Translations under genes and position numbers: made by a program
From: Patescibacteria group bacterium
Lineage (GTDB): Bacteria; Patescibacteriota; Minisyncoccia; UBA9983
NCBI GenBank assembly: GCA_018895015.1
Contig: JAHIOX010000025.1
Span: forward strand, 1 to 36,095
DNA: 36,095 nucleotides
Direction: 5' to 3'
Shown here: positions 1-8,925 of the stretch, piece by piece
Position numbering within the stretch: position 1 is the first letter of the stretch
Layout of the letters: every line of letters begins with the position of its first letter
The notes under the pieces: model-generated
Seen by the model: the letters and a program-made list of their open reading frames with translations, nothing else
Told to the model about the DNA's origin: nothing
The model's database searches: none

Positions 1-2298
1 AATTTTCCCGACCGGGTTAATCACCAGTCCTTTCATTCCGGACATTTGAGAAACCTGGCTCCAATTTCCCCTGGCTGCCGAACTTATCATCGCGAAAACA
101 GGACCTTTTTTATCAAGGGCTTCAGGCACAAATTTATCAACTTTATTCTTCGCTTCCTGCCAAATTTCAATAATTTTATCATAGCGCTCGCCTTCGGAAA
201 TCAAGCCGTCTTTCAGCTGTTTTTCAACCTTTTCCGATTTTTCATTCGCGTCCTTTAAAATTCCTTTTTTCTGCGCCGGAACTTTTAAGTCGTCAATTCC
301 CCAGCTGATTCCGGACACCATCGCGTATTCAAAACCGAATCCTTTTATTTTGTCTAAAATATCAGGAGTCATGTCAACGCCGTAGTCTTCAATCATTTGA
401 GAAATAAGTTTTACCAGCGGTTTTTTCCCCATCTCTTCGTTAACATACGGAAAATCCTCCGGCAAAACGCTGTTAAAAAGCAGTCGCCCAACGGTTGTCT
501 CAAACACTTCGCTGTTAAACGCCTTATATTTTGGCTTGTCAGAAGATAAAACTTTTATTTTGGCGCGCATGTCAATGTAATCAAAATCATACGCCATTAT
601 CGCCTCGTTCGGAGTTGAAAAATACAAACCCTCGCCCTTTGCCCCTTCTTTAACTCCGGTCATCCAATAACATCCTATGACTATGTCCTGGGAAGGATTA
701 ACCACCGGTTCGCCATTGCCCGGCTTAAGAAGATTTTTTGTTGAAGCCATTATTTCTCTCGCCTCCTTTTGCGCCTCTTCGCTAAGAGGGACATGAACGG
801 CCATCTGGTCTCCGTCAAAGTCTGCGTTAAAAGCGCTGCACACCAAAGGATGGACTTGTATCGCGTTCCCTTCTATTAAAATCGGCTGAAACGCCTGGAT
901 CCCCAAACGATGCAGAGTCGGAGCGCGGTTAAGAAGAACGTATTTATTTTTTATAACCTCTTCAAGCGCGGCCCACACCTCAGGAGTTTTATCGTCAATC
1001 ATGCGGCCCGCTCCGCGGATATTGTAAGCTAATTCATTTTTAAGAAGTTCGGCGATAATAAAAGGGCGGAATAATTCCAAAGCCATGCGCTTTGGAAGCC
1101 CACACTGGTGCATCTTTAATTCCGGCCCGACAACAATAACAGACCTGCCTGAATAATCCACTCTTTTTCCCAAAAGATTTTGCCTGAATCGCCCCTGCTT
1201 TCCCTTAAGCATGTCCGCCAAAGATTTAAGCGGCCGTTTCTGCCCTTGGCTTGTGGCGACATTGCCGTGGCGCATGGAATTGTCTATCAGCGCGTCAACC
1301 GCCTCCTGCAAAATTCTTTTTTCGTTCCTGCAGATAACTTCAGGCGCTTTAATTTCAATTAATTTTTTTAAACGGTTGTTTCTGTTAATCACTCTTCTGT
1401 ACAAATCGTTTACGTCGGATGTCGCGTGCCGCCCGCCTTCCAAACTTACCATCGGCCTTAGCGCTGGCGGAATGACCGGGATAACGGTTAAGAACATCCA
1501 TTCCGGCCTAATCCCGGAAAGTTGCATTGATTTGACAATATTCAATCTTTTTACAAGTTTAAGCTGGTCGCTGGCAACGTTAGCGCCAATCTGCTCTTCT
1601 ATTTTTTTCCTAAGCTCTTCCAAGTCAATCCCTTTAAAAATGCTGTGAATCGCTTCAGCGCCCGCGCCAACTTCAAAAATTTCTCCGTATTTTCTGCTCA
1701 AATAATAATAATCCGGCTGGCTTAAAACTTTATAAAGCCGGATCATGTCCAATTCTGATTTTGCTTTTACAAACAAAGCTTTCAATTCTTCTTTTTCTTC
1801 TTTGGAAACGACGGTTTTAGATTTTGATTTATATTCAGCGTCAAGATTTTTAAAAAATACGCCCTTGCCCTCTTCATTAACCTTTGTAACAATATAACCG
1901 GCAAAATAAATGACGCGCTCAAGATCCTGCACGGTAATATTCAAAATCAAGCCCATTTGCGAAGGAATGCCGCGCAAAAACCAAATATGGGAAACAGGCG
2001 CCGCAAGGCTGATGTGGCCCATTCTTTCGCGCCTTACGATAGAGCGCGTAACTTCAACTCCGCATTTCTCGCATATAATTCCTTTGTATCTTATCCTTCT
2101 GTATTTTCCGCAATAACATTCAAAATCTTTTTCCGGGCCGAAAATCTTTTCGCAAAAAAGGCCGTTTCTTTCCGCGCGCTGGGTTCTGTAATTGATAGTC
2201 TCAGGCTTGGTAATCTCGCCGTGAGACCACGACAAAATTTTCTCCGGCGAAGCCAGTTTTATTAATATTGATTTAAAATCCGTGACTTTGGTTTCCAT
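1..2298 (-). CDS. rpoC: DNA-directed RNA polymerase beta' subunit (3' end runs off the window)
   Basis: Manual translation from ATG at 2298: METKVTDFKSILIKLASPEKILSWSHGEITKPETINYRT...CYCGKY...CEKCGVE zinc finger; catalytic NADFDGD at about 809-829; directly downstream of rpoB. Absent from the ORF track because it has no stop in the window. Confidence 0.98.
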   Translation of the reverse strand, partial: METKVTDFKSILIKLASPEKILSWSHGEITKPETINYRTQRAERNGLFCEKIFGPEKDFECYCGKYRRIRYKGIICEKCGVEVTRSIVRRERMGHISLAAPVSHIWFLRGIPSQMGLILNITVQDLERVIYFAGYIVTKVNEEGKGVFFKNLDAEYKSKSKTVVSKEEKEELKALFVKAKSELDMIRLYKVLSQPDYYYLSRKYGEIFEVGAGAEAIHSIFKGIDLEELRKKIEEQIGANVASDQLKLVKRLNIVKSMQLSGIRPEWMFLTVIPVIPPALRPMVSLEGGRHATSDVNDLYRRVINRNNRLKKLIEIKAPEVICRNEKRILQEAVDALIDNSMRHGNVATSQGQKRPLKSLADMLKGKQGRFRQNLLGKRVDYSGRSVIVVGPELKMHQCGLPKRMALELFRPFIIAELLKNELAYNIRGAGRMIDDKTPEVWAALEEVIKNKYVLLNRAPTLHRLGIQAFQPILIEGNAIQVHPLVCSAFNADFDGDQMAVHVPLSEEAQKEAREIMASTKNLLKPGNGEPVVNPSQDIVIGCYWMTGVKEGAKGEGLYFSTPNEAIMAYDFDYIDMRAKIKVLSSDKPKYKAFNSEVFETTVGRLLFNSVLPEDFPYVNEEMGKKPLVKLISQMIEDYGVDMTPDILDKIKGFGFEYAMVSGISWGIDDLKVPAQKKGILKDANEKSEKVEKQLKDGLISEGERYDKIIEIWQEAKNKVDKFVPEALDKKGPVFAMISSAARGNWSQVSQMSGMKGLVINPVGKI

Positions 2299-2305
2299 AA
2301 TTTTA

Positions 2306-5300
2306 TTAATTTAGTTCCTTATTTTCTTTAAGCCCTTTTAATTCTATGTCCAGCGCCATTCCCTTTAATTCATTAAGCAACACATGGAAAGAAGCCGGCA
2401 AGTTCGGGTTTTTAAATTTTTCTCCGCGCACAATCGCGTTGTAAACCATGGATCTTCCGAGAATATCATCCGATTTTACCGTCAGCATTTCTTGCAAAGT
2501 GTGCGATGCGCCATATCCCTCCAAAGCCCACACTTCCATTTCTCCCAATCTTTGGCCTCCGCCCTGCGCCTTTCCCTTAAGAGGCTGCTGTGTAATCAAC
2601 GAGTAAGGCCCGATTGAGCGCATATGGATTTTGTCTTCGGCCATGTGGTCAAGTTTCATCATGTAAATTTTTCCGACAGTCACATTTTGCTCAAACGATT
2701 TCCCGGTTCTGCCGTCGTATAATTTAACTTTGCCGTCTTCCGGAATGCCGGCTTTTTTCATCTCTTCTTTTATTTCATTTTCAGTGGCGCCTCCAAGCGA
2801 AGGCGTAACTACCTGGTAGCCGAGTTTTTCAGCCGCCCATCCAAGATGCGTCTCAAGAAGCTGGCCAAGATTCATACGCGAAGCGACTCCGAGCGGATTC
2901 AAAATAATATCAACCTGGGTTCCGTCTTCAAGATACGGCATATCTTCAACCGGCAAAATTTTTGAAATGACTCCTTTGTTGCCGTGCCGTCCGGCCAATT
3001 TGTCTCCGACTGAAATTTTTCTAAGCTGAGCGGATTCAATATAAATTTTCTTTATTATTCCCGGCTCAAGCTTGTCGCCTTTTTCTCTTGAAAAAACTTT
3101 CACGCCTATCACTCTTCCTTGCTTTCCGTGTTCCATTCGCAAAGAAGTGTCTTTCACGTCGCGCGCCTTTTCTCCAAAAATTGACCTTAACAGCCGCTCT
3201 TCAGGAGTAAGGTCAACTTCTCCTTTCGGAGAAATTTTCCCGACAAGAATATCTCCGGGCCGAATTTCAGCGCCGATTCTTACAATTCCGTCTTCGTCAA
3301 GATCTTTTAATTTCGCCTCTCCGACATTTGGTATGTCGCAAGTATTAAGTTCCGGCCCAAGCTTTGTGTCGCGCACATTCACTGAAAATTCCTCGATGTG
3401 GACGGAAGTTAAAACATCATCCTTAACCAATCGTTCCGAAAGAATGATAGCGTCTTCAAAGTTTGATCCTCTCCACGAAAGAAAAGCAACCAAAAGATTT
3501 TGGCCAAGCGCCATTTGTCCTCTGTCGCTGGAATAATTATCAGCAAGAACATCTCCTTTTGAAACTTGAACTCCGATATCCACGGACGGCCTGTGATGAA
3601 TGGCTGAAAAATCATTTGAGCGCATGAAAGAAACAAGATTGTAATTTCTTTTTTTGCCGTTTTTTTCCTTAACAATTATCATTGAAGCGTCCGCGTATTC
3701 CACAATGCCGTCCTCTTGGCAAATAATCAGCCTGCCCGTGTCTCTTATCGCGTACTCTTCTATGCCGGTGGAAACAAGAGGCGCCTGCGGATTGATGCAC
3801 GGCACAGCCTGCTTCTGCATGTTCGCGCCCATCAGCGCGCGAGTCGCGTCATCATTTTCCAAAAACGGAATCATGCTTGTAGCGATGCTAAAAGCCTGGT
3901 AAGTACTCACGTCCATAAAATCAACTTCTTTTTTCGCCACAAGGCCGGGCTTTGAATGAACCCTCGCCTCCACATCTTCGTCTAAAATTTCTCCTGTTTT
4001 TTCATTAAAATTAACGCCGGCGTGCGCGATATTGTATTTTGATTCGTCAAGAGCGTTCAAATAAACAATTTCATTTATGAGCTTTCCGTTTTTAACTTTG
4101 CGATAAGGCGTTTCCAAAATCCCATATTCATTCAAGCGCGCGAAAGAAGACAAATGCACGACTAATCCGACATTTGAACCTTCCGGAGTTTCAATCGGGC
4201 AAATTTTCCCGTAGTGCGAAGGATGAACATCGCGGACTTCAAAACCAGCTCGTTCGCGAGTTAGTCCGCCGGGACCCAAAGCTGTCAGTCTTCTTAAATG
4301 CTCCAGCTCATCAAGGCAATTTTTCTGGCTCATAAATTGCGAGAGCGGATTGGTTAAGAAAAAATCTTTTATGACGGCGGCAACAAGGCGGCTGTTTATA
4401 AGCTGGCTTGGCGAAAGCGTTGTGGAATCATACGTTGACATTCTGTCCTGAATGTTTCTTTTCAGCCTTGCCATTCCAACCTTGATTCTTTGCTGAAGCA
4501 ATTCGCCGATTGACCTTACGCGCCTGTGGCCCAAGTGGTCAATATCGTCAGGCTGGGCGCCGGGCGTGTTATTCAATTCAATTACTTTAGAAATGATCGC
4601 GACAATATCGTCTAAATTTATTACTCTTGGCGCTTTTTTAAGATCGTCCAAAGAAAATCCGAGGCGATGGTTCAATTTGTATCTTCCGACCAAAGAAAGG
4701 TCGTATCGCGCCGGGTCAAAAATCGCGTTTATAAAATCGCGGCTGCTGTCAGGATTAGACATTTCTCCCGGGCGCAAACGCTTGTAAAGCTCAACGTAGG
4801 CGTCTTCCGCGCTTTTGGCGGGATCTTTTTCTATGCTTTTTTTTATATAAGAAACCGCGCCTGTGTCAACTTTGGCAAAACGTTTTTCAATATCTCCCGC
4901 GTCTTTGGCGCCGAATATTCTCAAAAGAGAGGTAATCGGTATTTTTCTTTTCTTGTCAATGCGAGTGTAAATTACGCCGTCCGGCTCTGTTTTAATCTCA
5001 ATCCATACTCCGGCGCTTGGAATAATTTTAGCTCCGAAATATTTTTTCCCTTTTACGATGTCGGCGGTAAAATAAACTCCGAAAGAACGCGCGAGCTGGG
5101 AAACTATTGTCCTCTCAACGCCATTAATAATGAAGGTGCCGTGGTCTGTCATCAAAGGAAAATCCGCGAGAAAAATTTCCTGCTCTTTTGTCTGGTTAAT
5201 GCTTTTGTTAGTAAGTTTTACTTTTATTTTAAGAGGCGCTTCGTATGTCGCGTTATTCTTTTTCGCGTGATACTCGTCATATTTCGGCTCTTCAATAGAA

Positions 5301-5479
5301 AAACCGGTAAATTCCAAAGTGAACTCTTTACCGGTATAATCATTAATTGGAGAAAATTCTTGAAACACTTCTTTGATTCCATCCGTTGTAAGCCAATGAA
5401 AAGAGTCCGTCTGAATTTTTGTTAGGTTCGGAAAAGGAATAATCAGCTCTTTATATTTAGAGAAATACTTTTTATTCAT
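2306..5479 (-). CDS. rpoB: DNA-directed RNA polymerase beta subunit
   Basis: GTFIINGVER, LGPGGLTRERAGFEVRDVHPSHYG, GDKLAGRHGNKGV, GGQRLGEMEVWALE motifs; 1057 aa compact form. Confidence 0.99.
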   Translation of the reverse strand: MNKKYFSKYKELIIPFPNLTKIQTDSFHWLTTDGIKEVFQEFSPINDYTGKEFTLEFTGFSIEEPKYDEYHAKKNNATYEAPLKIKVKLTNKSINQTKEQEIFLADFPLMTDHGTFIINGVERTIVSQLARSFGVYFTADIVKGKKYFGAKIIPSAGVWIEIKTEPDGVIYTRIDKKRKIPITSLLRIFGAKDAGDIEKRFAKVDTGAVSYIKKSIEKDPAKSAEDAYVELYKRLRPGEMSNPDSSRDFINAIFDPARYDLSLVGRYKLNHRLGFSLDDLKKAPRVINLDDIVAIISKVIELNNTPGAQPDDIDHLGHRRVRSIGELLQQRIKVGMARLKRNIQDRMSTYDSTTLSPSQLINSRLVAAVIKDFFLTNPLSQFMSQKNCLDELEHLRRLTALGPGGLTRERAGFEVRDVHPSHYGKICPIETPEGSNVGLVVHLSSFARLNEYGILETPYRKVKNGKLINEIVYLNALDESKYNIAHAGVNFNEKTGEILDEDVEARVHSKPGLVAKKEVDFMDVSTYQAFSIATSMIPFLENDDATRALMGANMQKQAVPCINPQAPLVSTGIEEYAIRDTGRLIICQEDGIVEYADASMIIVKEKNGKKRNYNLVSFMRSNDFSAIHHRPSVDIGVQVSKGDVLADNYSSDRGQMALGQNLLVAFLSWRGSNFEDAIILSERLVKDDVLTSVHIEEFSVNVRDTKLGPELNTCDIPNVGEAKLKDLDEDGIVRIGAEIRPGDILVGKISPKGEVDLTPEERLLRSIFGEKARDVKDTSLRMEHGKQGRVIGVKVFSREKGDKLEPGIIKKIYIESAQLRKISVGDKLAGRHGNKGVISKILPVEDMPYLEDGTQVDIILNPLGVASRMNLGQLLETHLGWAAEKLGYQVVTPSLGGATENEIKEEMKKAGIPEDGKVKLYDGRTGKSFEQNVTVGKIYMMKLDHMAEDKIHMRSIGPYSLITQQPLKGKAQGGGQRLGEMEVWALEGYGASHTLQEMLTVKSDDILGRSMVYNAIVRGEKFKNPNLPASFHVLLNELKGMALDIELKGLKENKELN

Positions 5480-5494
5480 TTTTGTATAACGCGC

Positions 5495-5530
5495 AAAAAA
5501 ATAACTCCTTTTTATTTTAACGAAGGAGAA
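5495..5530 (-). terminator. possible attenuator hairpin in the rpoB leader
   Basis: On the minus strand CTCCTT-N12-AAGGAG followed by TTATTTTTTT, then GCGCG. Confidence 0.4.
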
Positions 5531-5589
5531 ATTGGCCTATTGATTATTTGATAAATTGCCGATAATGCAAAAAATTATTATAAGATTAG

Positions 5590-5619
5590 ATAATAACACT
5601 CAAATACCCTTTAAGTCAA
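5590..5619 (-). promoter_or_regulatory. sigma70-type promoter for rpoBC
   Basis: TTGACT-18 nt-TATTAT with extended -10 TG, about 110 nt upstream of the rpoB ATG. Confidence 0.55.
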
Positions 5620-5665
5620 CTTAGGGTGTTTATAACTCCATTATACGCATACAGCCCAAATTTTG

Positions 5666-6313
5666 TCAATTGGAATGTTTCTCGCGCCATTCTTCTGTTT
5701 TTTTGTGGTTGCCCGAAAGTAAAACTTTTGGCGCGCGGTATTTCTTGCCTTTAAATTCAAAAATTTCCGGCCTGGTGTAAACCGGCGCGCCCATTTGGCG
5801 CGTTTCTTCAAGAGATTCTTCTTTGCCTAAAACGCCCGGGATGTGGCGGGAAACCGCGTCTATTATCAACGCGGACGGCAATTCGCCGCCGGTTAAAATA
5901 TAATCACCAACTGAAATTTTCTCCGCTTTAAAAATTTTTTTCACTCTTTCATCCACGCCTTCATAGTGTCCCGATATTAAAATTATATCTTTATATTTCT
6001 TCGCCCATTCCCGCGCCATTTTCTGATTAAATTGTTTTCCTGCCGGAGACAATAAAACTATTTTTGATTTTTGAGATTTAATTTTTGATTTTGCAGATTG
6101 AATCGCTCTGGCTAGCGGCTCAATCCGCATCACCATGCCCGGCCCGCCGCCAAACGGCCTATCGTCTACATTTTTATGCTTATCTTTCGCGTAATCGCGA
6201 GGATTGTAAAATTTAATTTTTATCAATTTCTTCTCTTGCGCGCGCTTTAAAATAGAGCTGTCAAAATAGCTTTTTATTGACTCCGGAAAAATTGTAATAA
6301 AATGAAAAACCAT
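5666..6313 (-). CDS. trmD: tRNA (guanine37-N1)-methyltransferase
   Basis: VDDRPFGGGPGMVM, LSPAGKQF, GHYEGVDER, SVGDYILTGGE motifs. Confidence 0.98.
   Translation of the reverse strand: MVFHFITIFPESIKSYFDSSILKRAQEKKLIKIKFYNPRDYAKDKHKNVDDRPFGGGPGMVMRIEPLARAIQSAKSKIKSQKSKIVLLSPAGKQFNQKMAREWAKKYKDIILISGHYEGVDERVKKIFKAEKISVGDYILTGGELPSALIIDAVSRHIPGVLGKEESLEETRQMGAPVYTRPEIFEFKGKKYRAPKVLLSGNHKKTEEWREKHSN
6059..6100 (-). repeat. degenerate 7-nt tandem repeat (6 units) inside trmD
   Basis: Minus strand CAATCTG CAAAATC AAAAATT AAATCTC AAAAATC AAAAATA, encoding QSAKSKIKSQKSKI. Confidence 0.75.
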
Positions 6314-6347
6314 GCCTTTATGTTAGCATGGTTTTTCTAAACTTCAA

Positions 6348-6662
6348 TTATATTTTCAAATCGTCTATCGCTTCGTCAACACTTCTTGGCTCTTCTCTGC
6401 TGAATTCACGTCCGCCTGCCGGCTCCTCAATCTTCAAATTAACGCGGGCGTTATTTTTAATCCCGACAACTCTTAAAAGGGTTCTTATCGCTTTGGCGGT
6501 ATTGCCGTTTCGGCCGATAATTTTTCCCATGTCAGCCGCGGCTGTTTTAAGGGTCATCAAAACTCCCATTTCGTCAACCCTGCGGTCAATTGTAACCTTA
6601 TCCGGCTCGTCAACGAGCGCTTTCACGACATACTCCAGAAACTCTTTGTCTTTTTCAACCAT
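6348..6662 (-). CDS. khpA: KH-domain RNA-binding protein KhpA
   Basis: DMGKIIGRNGNTAKAIRTLL GxxG KH motif; rpsP-khpA-trmD order. Confidence 0.92.
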   Translation of the reverse strand: MVEKDKEFLEYVVKALVDEPDKVTIDRRVDEMGVLMTLKTAAADMGKIIGRNGNTAKAIRTLLRVVGIKNNARVNLKIEEPAGGREFSREEPRSVDEAIDDLKI

Positions 6663-6714
6663 TTTATAGCTTTAAGATTATGCTTGTAATTCGACCATTC
6701 TGCGTTTGCCTAAA

Positions 6715-7014
6715 TTATACCCCCGCTTTTTTTTCTGTCAATTTTTTCTTTGGCGGCAAAACATTTATTTTTTTTGCTTTGATTATTTTTTTTCTTACCA
6801 AAAGATTATGCACCGTGCCTGAAAGCTGCGCGCCTTTTGAAATCCACTCTTTTATTCTTTCCGAATCAAATTGCGGTTCGCCCTTTCTGGCGTTATAAAC
6901 CCCGAGAATCTCTAAAAAGGACCCGCTTTTAGCCGCCCTTCTTGAATCAACCAAAACGACCCGAAAGCTTGGGTCATGTTTTCTTCCAACTCGCTGTAAT
7001 CTTATCTTTAACAT
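6715..7014 (-). CDS. rpsP: 30S ribosomal protein S16
   Basis: MLKIRLQRVGRKHDPSFRVVLVDSR...EILGVYN. Confidence 0.98.
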   Translation of the reverse strand: MLKIRLQRVGRKHDPSFRVVLVDSRRAAKSGSFLEILGVYNARKGEPQFDSERIKEWISKGAQLSGTVHNLLVRKKIIKAKKINVLPPKKKLTEKKAGV

Positions 7015-7021
7015 CTTTAAA

Positions 7022-7050
7022 ATATTAGCAAACTATTAATTTACGGTCAA
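7022..7050 (-). promoter_or_regulatory. sigma70 promoter giving a probably leaderless rpsP mRNA
   Basis: TTGACC-17-TAATAT-7 nt-ATG. Confidence 0.65.
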
Positions 7051-7068
7051 TGCCGCTCTGCTGAAAAA

Positions 7069-7776
7069 TTAAACTTTCCATTTTTTTAATCGCAAGGCGT
7101 TGCTCGCCGCGTCCTGCTCCGCCTCCTGTTTTGAAACGCCCTCGCCCTCGGCGACCAATTCATCGCCAATGTGAACTCCGACAATAAAATACTTCGCGTG
7201 GTCCGGCCCGGTTTCTCTGATGACTTTATAGGAAGGAGTAACGTTTTCAAATTCCTGCGCTTTTTCCTGAAACAAGCTTTTGGAGTCAATCCATAGTTTT
7301 TTCGCGATAATCTCCTTGATTTCAGGCAAAAGGCTTCCGGTTAAAAATTCAAACGCGGCGGCATAACCAGAATCAAGGTATATCGCGCCTACCAATGCCT
7401 CAAAAGTGTTCGCCAAAATAAATTGGCGCGCTCTGCCATTGTCTTTTGATTCTCCGCGCGACAAAAGCAAAAAATCACCCATTGAAATCTTGCCGGCAAC
7501 CTCGGAAAGCATTTTGGCGTTTACCAAAGCGGCGCGAAAACCCGTCATTTCTCCTTCTGTTTTATGCGGATAATTGCGATATAAATATTCCGTGATGGCC
7601 AATTCTAAAACCGCGTCTCCCAAAAATTCCATCCTCTCGTTATGCTCCAGCGGCAATCCGCCCGGCGGCGGAGGATTTTCGTTTATGTAAGACCTGTGCG
7701 TAAACGCCTGTTTAAGCAAATTTTTATCCTTAAACTCAATATTTATTTTTTTTTCAAATTTTGAAAAATCAATCAT
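7069..7776 (-). CDS. rnc: Ribonuclease III
   Basis: AFTHRSY, NERMEFLGDAVL signature, ANTFEALVGAIYLD, C-terminal dsRBD (GPDH...GEGVSKQEAEQDAA). Confidence 0.98.
   Translation of the reverse strand: MIDFSKFEKKINIEFKDKNLLKQAFTHRSYINENPPPPGGLPLEHNERMEFLGDAVLELAITEYLYRNYPHKTEGEMTGFRAALVNAKMLSEVAGKISMGDFLLLSRGESKDNGRARQFILANTFEALVGAIYLDSGYAAAFEFLTGSLLPEIKEIIAKKLWIDSKSLFQEKAQEFENVTPSYKVIRETGPDHAKYFIVGVHIGDELVAEGEGVSKQEAEQDAASNALRLKKWKV
7657..7672. repeat. TCCGCC-N4-GGCGGA palindrome inside rnc
   Basis: TCCGCCCGGCGGCGGA encodes the atypical PPPGG just before the RNase III signature. Confidence 0.6.
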
Positions 7777-8642
7777 TTTAATTTATCCTGTAAAATTCTT
7801 ATGGCTTTAGCTATAATTGAACGTATATCGTCGTACATCTTCAAATCAGCTATCTCCTCCACGTTAAACCATCTGGCGCCGTCAAGGCCGCCCGTTTCTT
7901 TCAGCTTAAGCTCTTTATCTTTCGTGGATGCGAGAAAATAATTGACAATTTTTTTAACTTTGCCTTTTTGCGGATCGGAAGCGATGTATTCATTTGAACC
8001 AAGGTCTCCTTCAATTTTAACATTTACTCCAATTTCTTCTTTTAATTCCCTTCTTGCTCCTTCCCTGGCTTCTTCGCCGGCTTCAATGCGGCCTTTTGAC
8101 AAAGTCCAGTATCCGAAAACATCATGGACAAAAGCGAATAATATTTTATCGCCTTCTTTTTTGTACACCACCGCGCCTGCCAATTTTTCTTCCAGTATTT
8201 TCTCAACTTCTTCGGCGCTGTTCGGATACATTTCCCGATAAACGGTTCCCAAAACTCCGTTAACGAATCTGCCCGAGGAATCGCCGCCGAAATTCTTGGC
8301 AAGCTCAATTGACTCATTTATCGCCACTTTCGGAGGAACCTCGTTTTTATTTCCAAAAATCAGCTCATACAATCCGATTCTTAAAATATTTCTGTCAACA
8401 AAAGCTATTTGGCCTATCGGCCATTCCGGAGCCGCCCTTTCAATTATCTTATCAAGTTTTTCTTGACGCTTTAAAACGCCTTTTACAAGGTCTTTGGCAA
8501 AATTCGCGTCTTCAATGCCAGGCGCGAATTCTTCTATATTACGCTCAACAACGGCATTAACCTGCGCATCGCCAAGAAAATTAAAATCTCTTTCAAAAAG
8601 AGACTGCATCGCAATACTGCGGCATAAATGACGATTTGCCAT
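7773..8642 (-). CDS. nusB: Transcription antitermination factor NusB fused to a C-terminal Nudix hydrolase
   Basis: N-terminal RHLCRSIAMQSLF, DRNILRIGLYEL, VAINESIELAKNFG, FVNGVLG; C-terminal complete Nudix box GRIEAGEEAREGARRELKEEIGV. Confidence 0.95.
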   Translation of the reverse strand: MANRHLCRSIAMQSLFERDFNFLGDAQVNAVVERNIEEFAPGIEDANFAKDLVKGVLKRQEKLDKIIERAAPEWPIGQIAFVDRNILRIGLYELIFGNKNEVPPKVAINESIELAKNFGGDSSGRFVNGVLGTVYREMYPNSAEEVEKILEEKLAGAVVYKKEGDKILFAFVHDVFGYWTLSKGRIEAGEEAREGARRELKEEIGVNVKIEGDLGSNEYIASDPQKGKVKKIVNYFLASTKDKELKLKETGGLDGARWFNVEEIADLKMYDDIRSIIAKAIRILQDKLK

Positions 8643-8645
8643 AAA

Positions 8646-8876
8646 TTATTTTTTTTCTGAAAGTTCTTTCTCCTTTTCTTTGCGCTCTTTTTTGCCGAGC
8701 TTTGCCAGCACATCAATAACCTCTCTCCCTTTATATGTTCCGCAATTCATGCAAAGAGTATGCGCTAAAACATCCGCTTTGCATTTTTTGCATTTGGAAA
8801 GCCCCGCCTCTTTTAATGCGTGATGCGATCTCCTATTGCGCGTATGCGCCCTCGTATGCCTCATTCGTACAACCAT
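8646..8876 (-). CDS. rpmF: 50S ribosomal protein L32
   Basis: [17 protein letters not shown]...[13 protein letters not shown] zinc ribbon. Confidence 0.95.
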   Translation of the reverse strand: MVVRMRHTRAHTRNRRSHHALKEAGLSKCKKCKADVLAHTLCMNCGTYKGREVIDVLAKLGKKERKEKEKELSEKK

Positions 8877-8925
8877 ATTAAATAAATACTATATCATCCC
8901 CGAAAATTTTTCAAGCCGATTTAGA

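Noticed and set aside
46-5425. Plus-strand ORFs opposite rpoC/rpoB (e.g. 4667-5425, 1211-1648)
   Set aside because: Antisense shadows of long conserved genes with no protein-like motifs.
6688-6698. GGTCG motif upstream of khpA and of the pilin at 28880 (28918-28926)
   Set aside because: Only two instances of a 5-mer; cannot be supported from this window alone.
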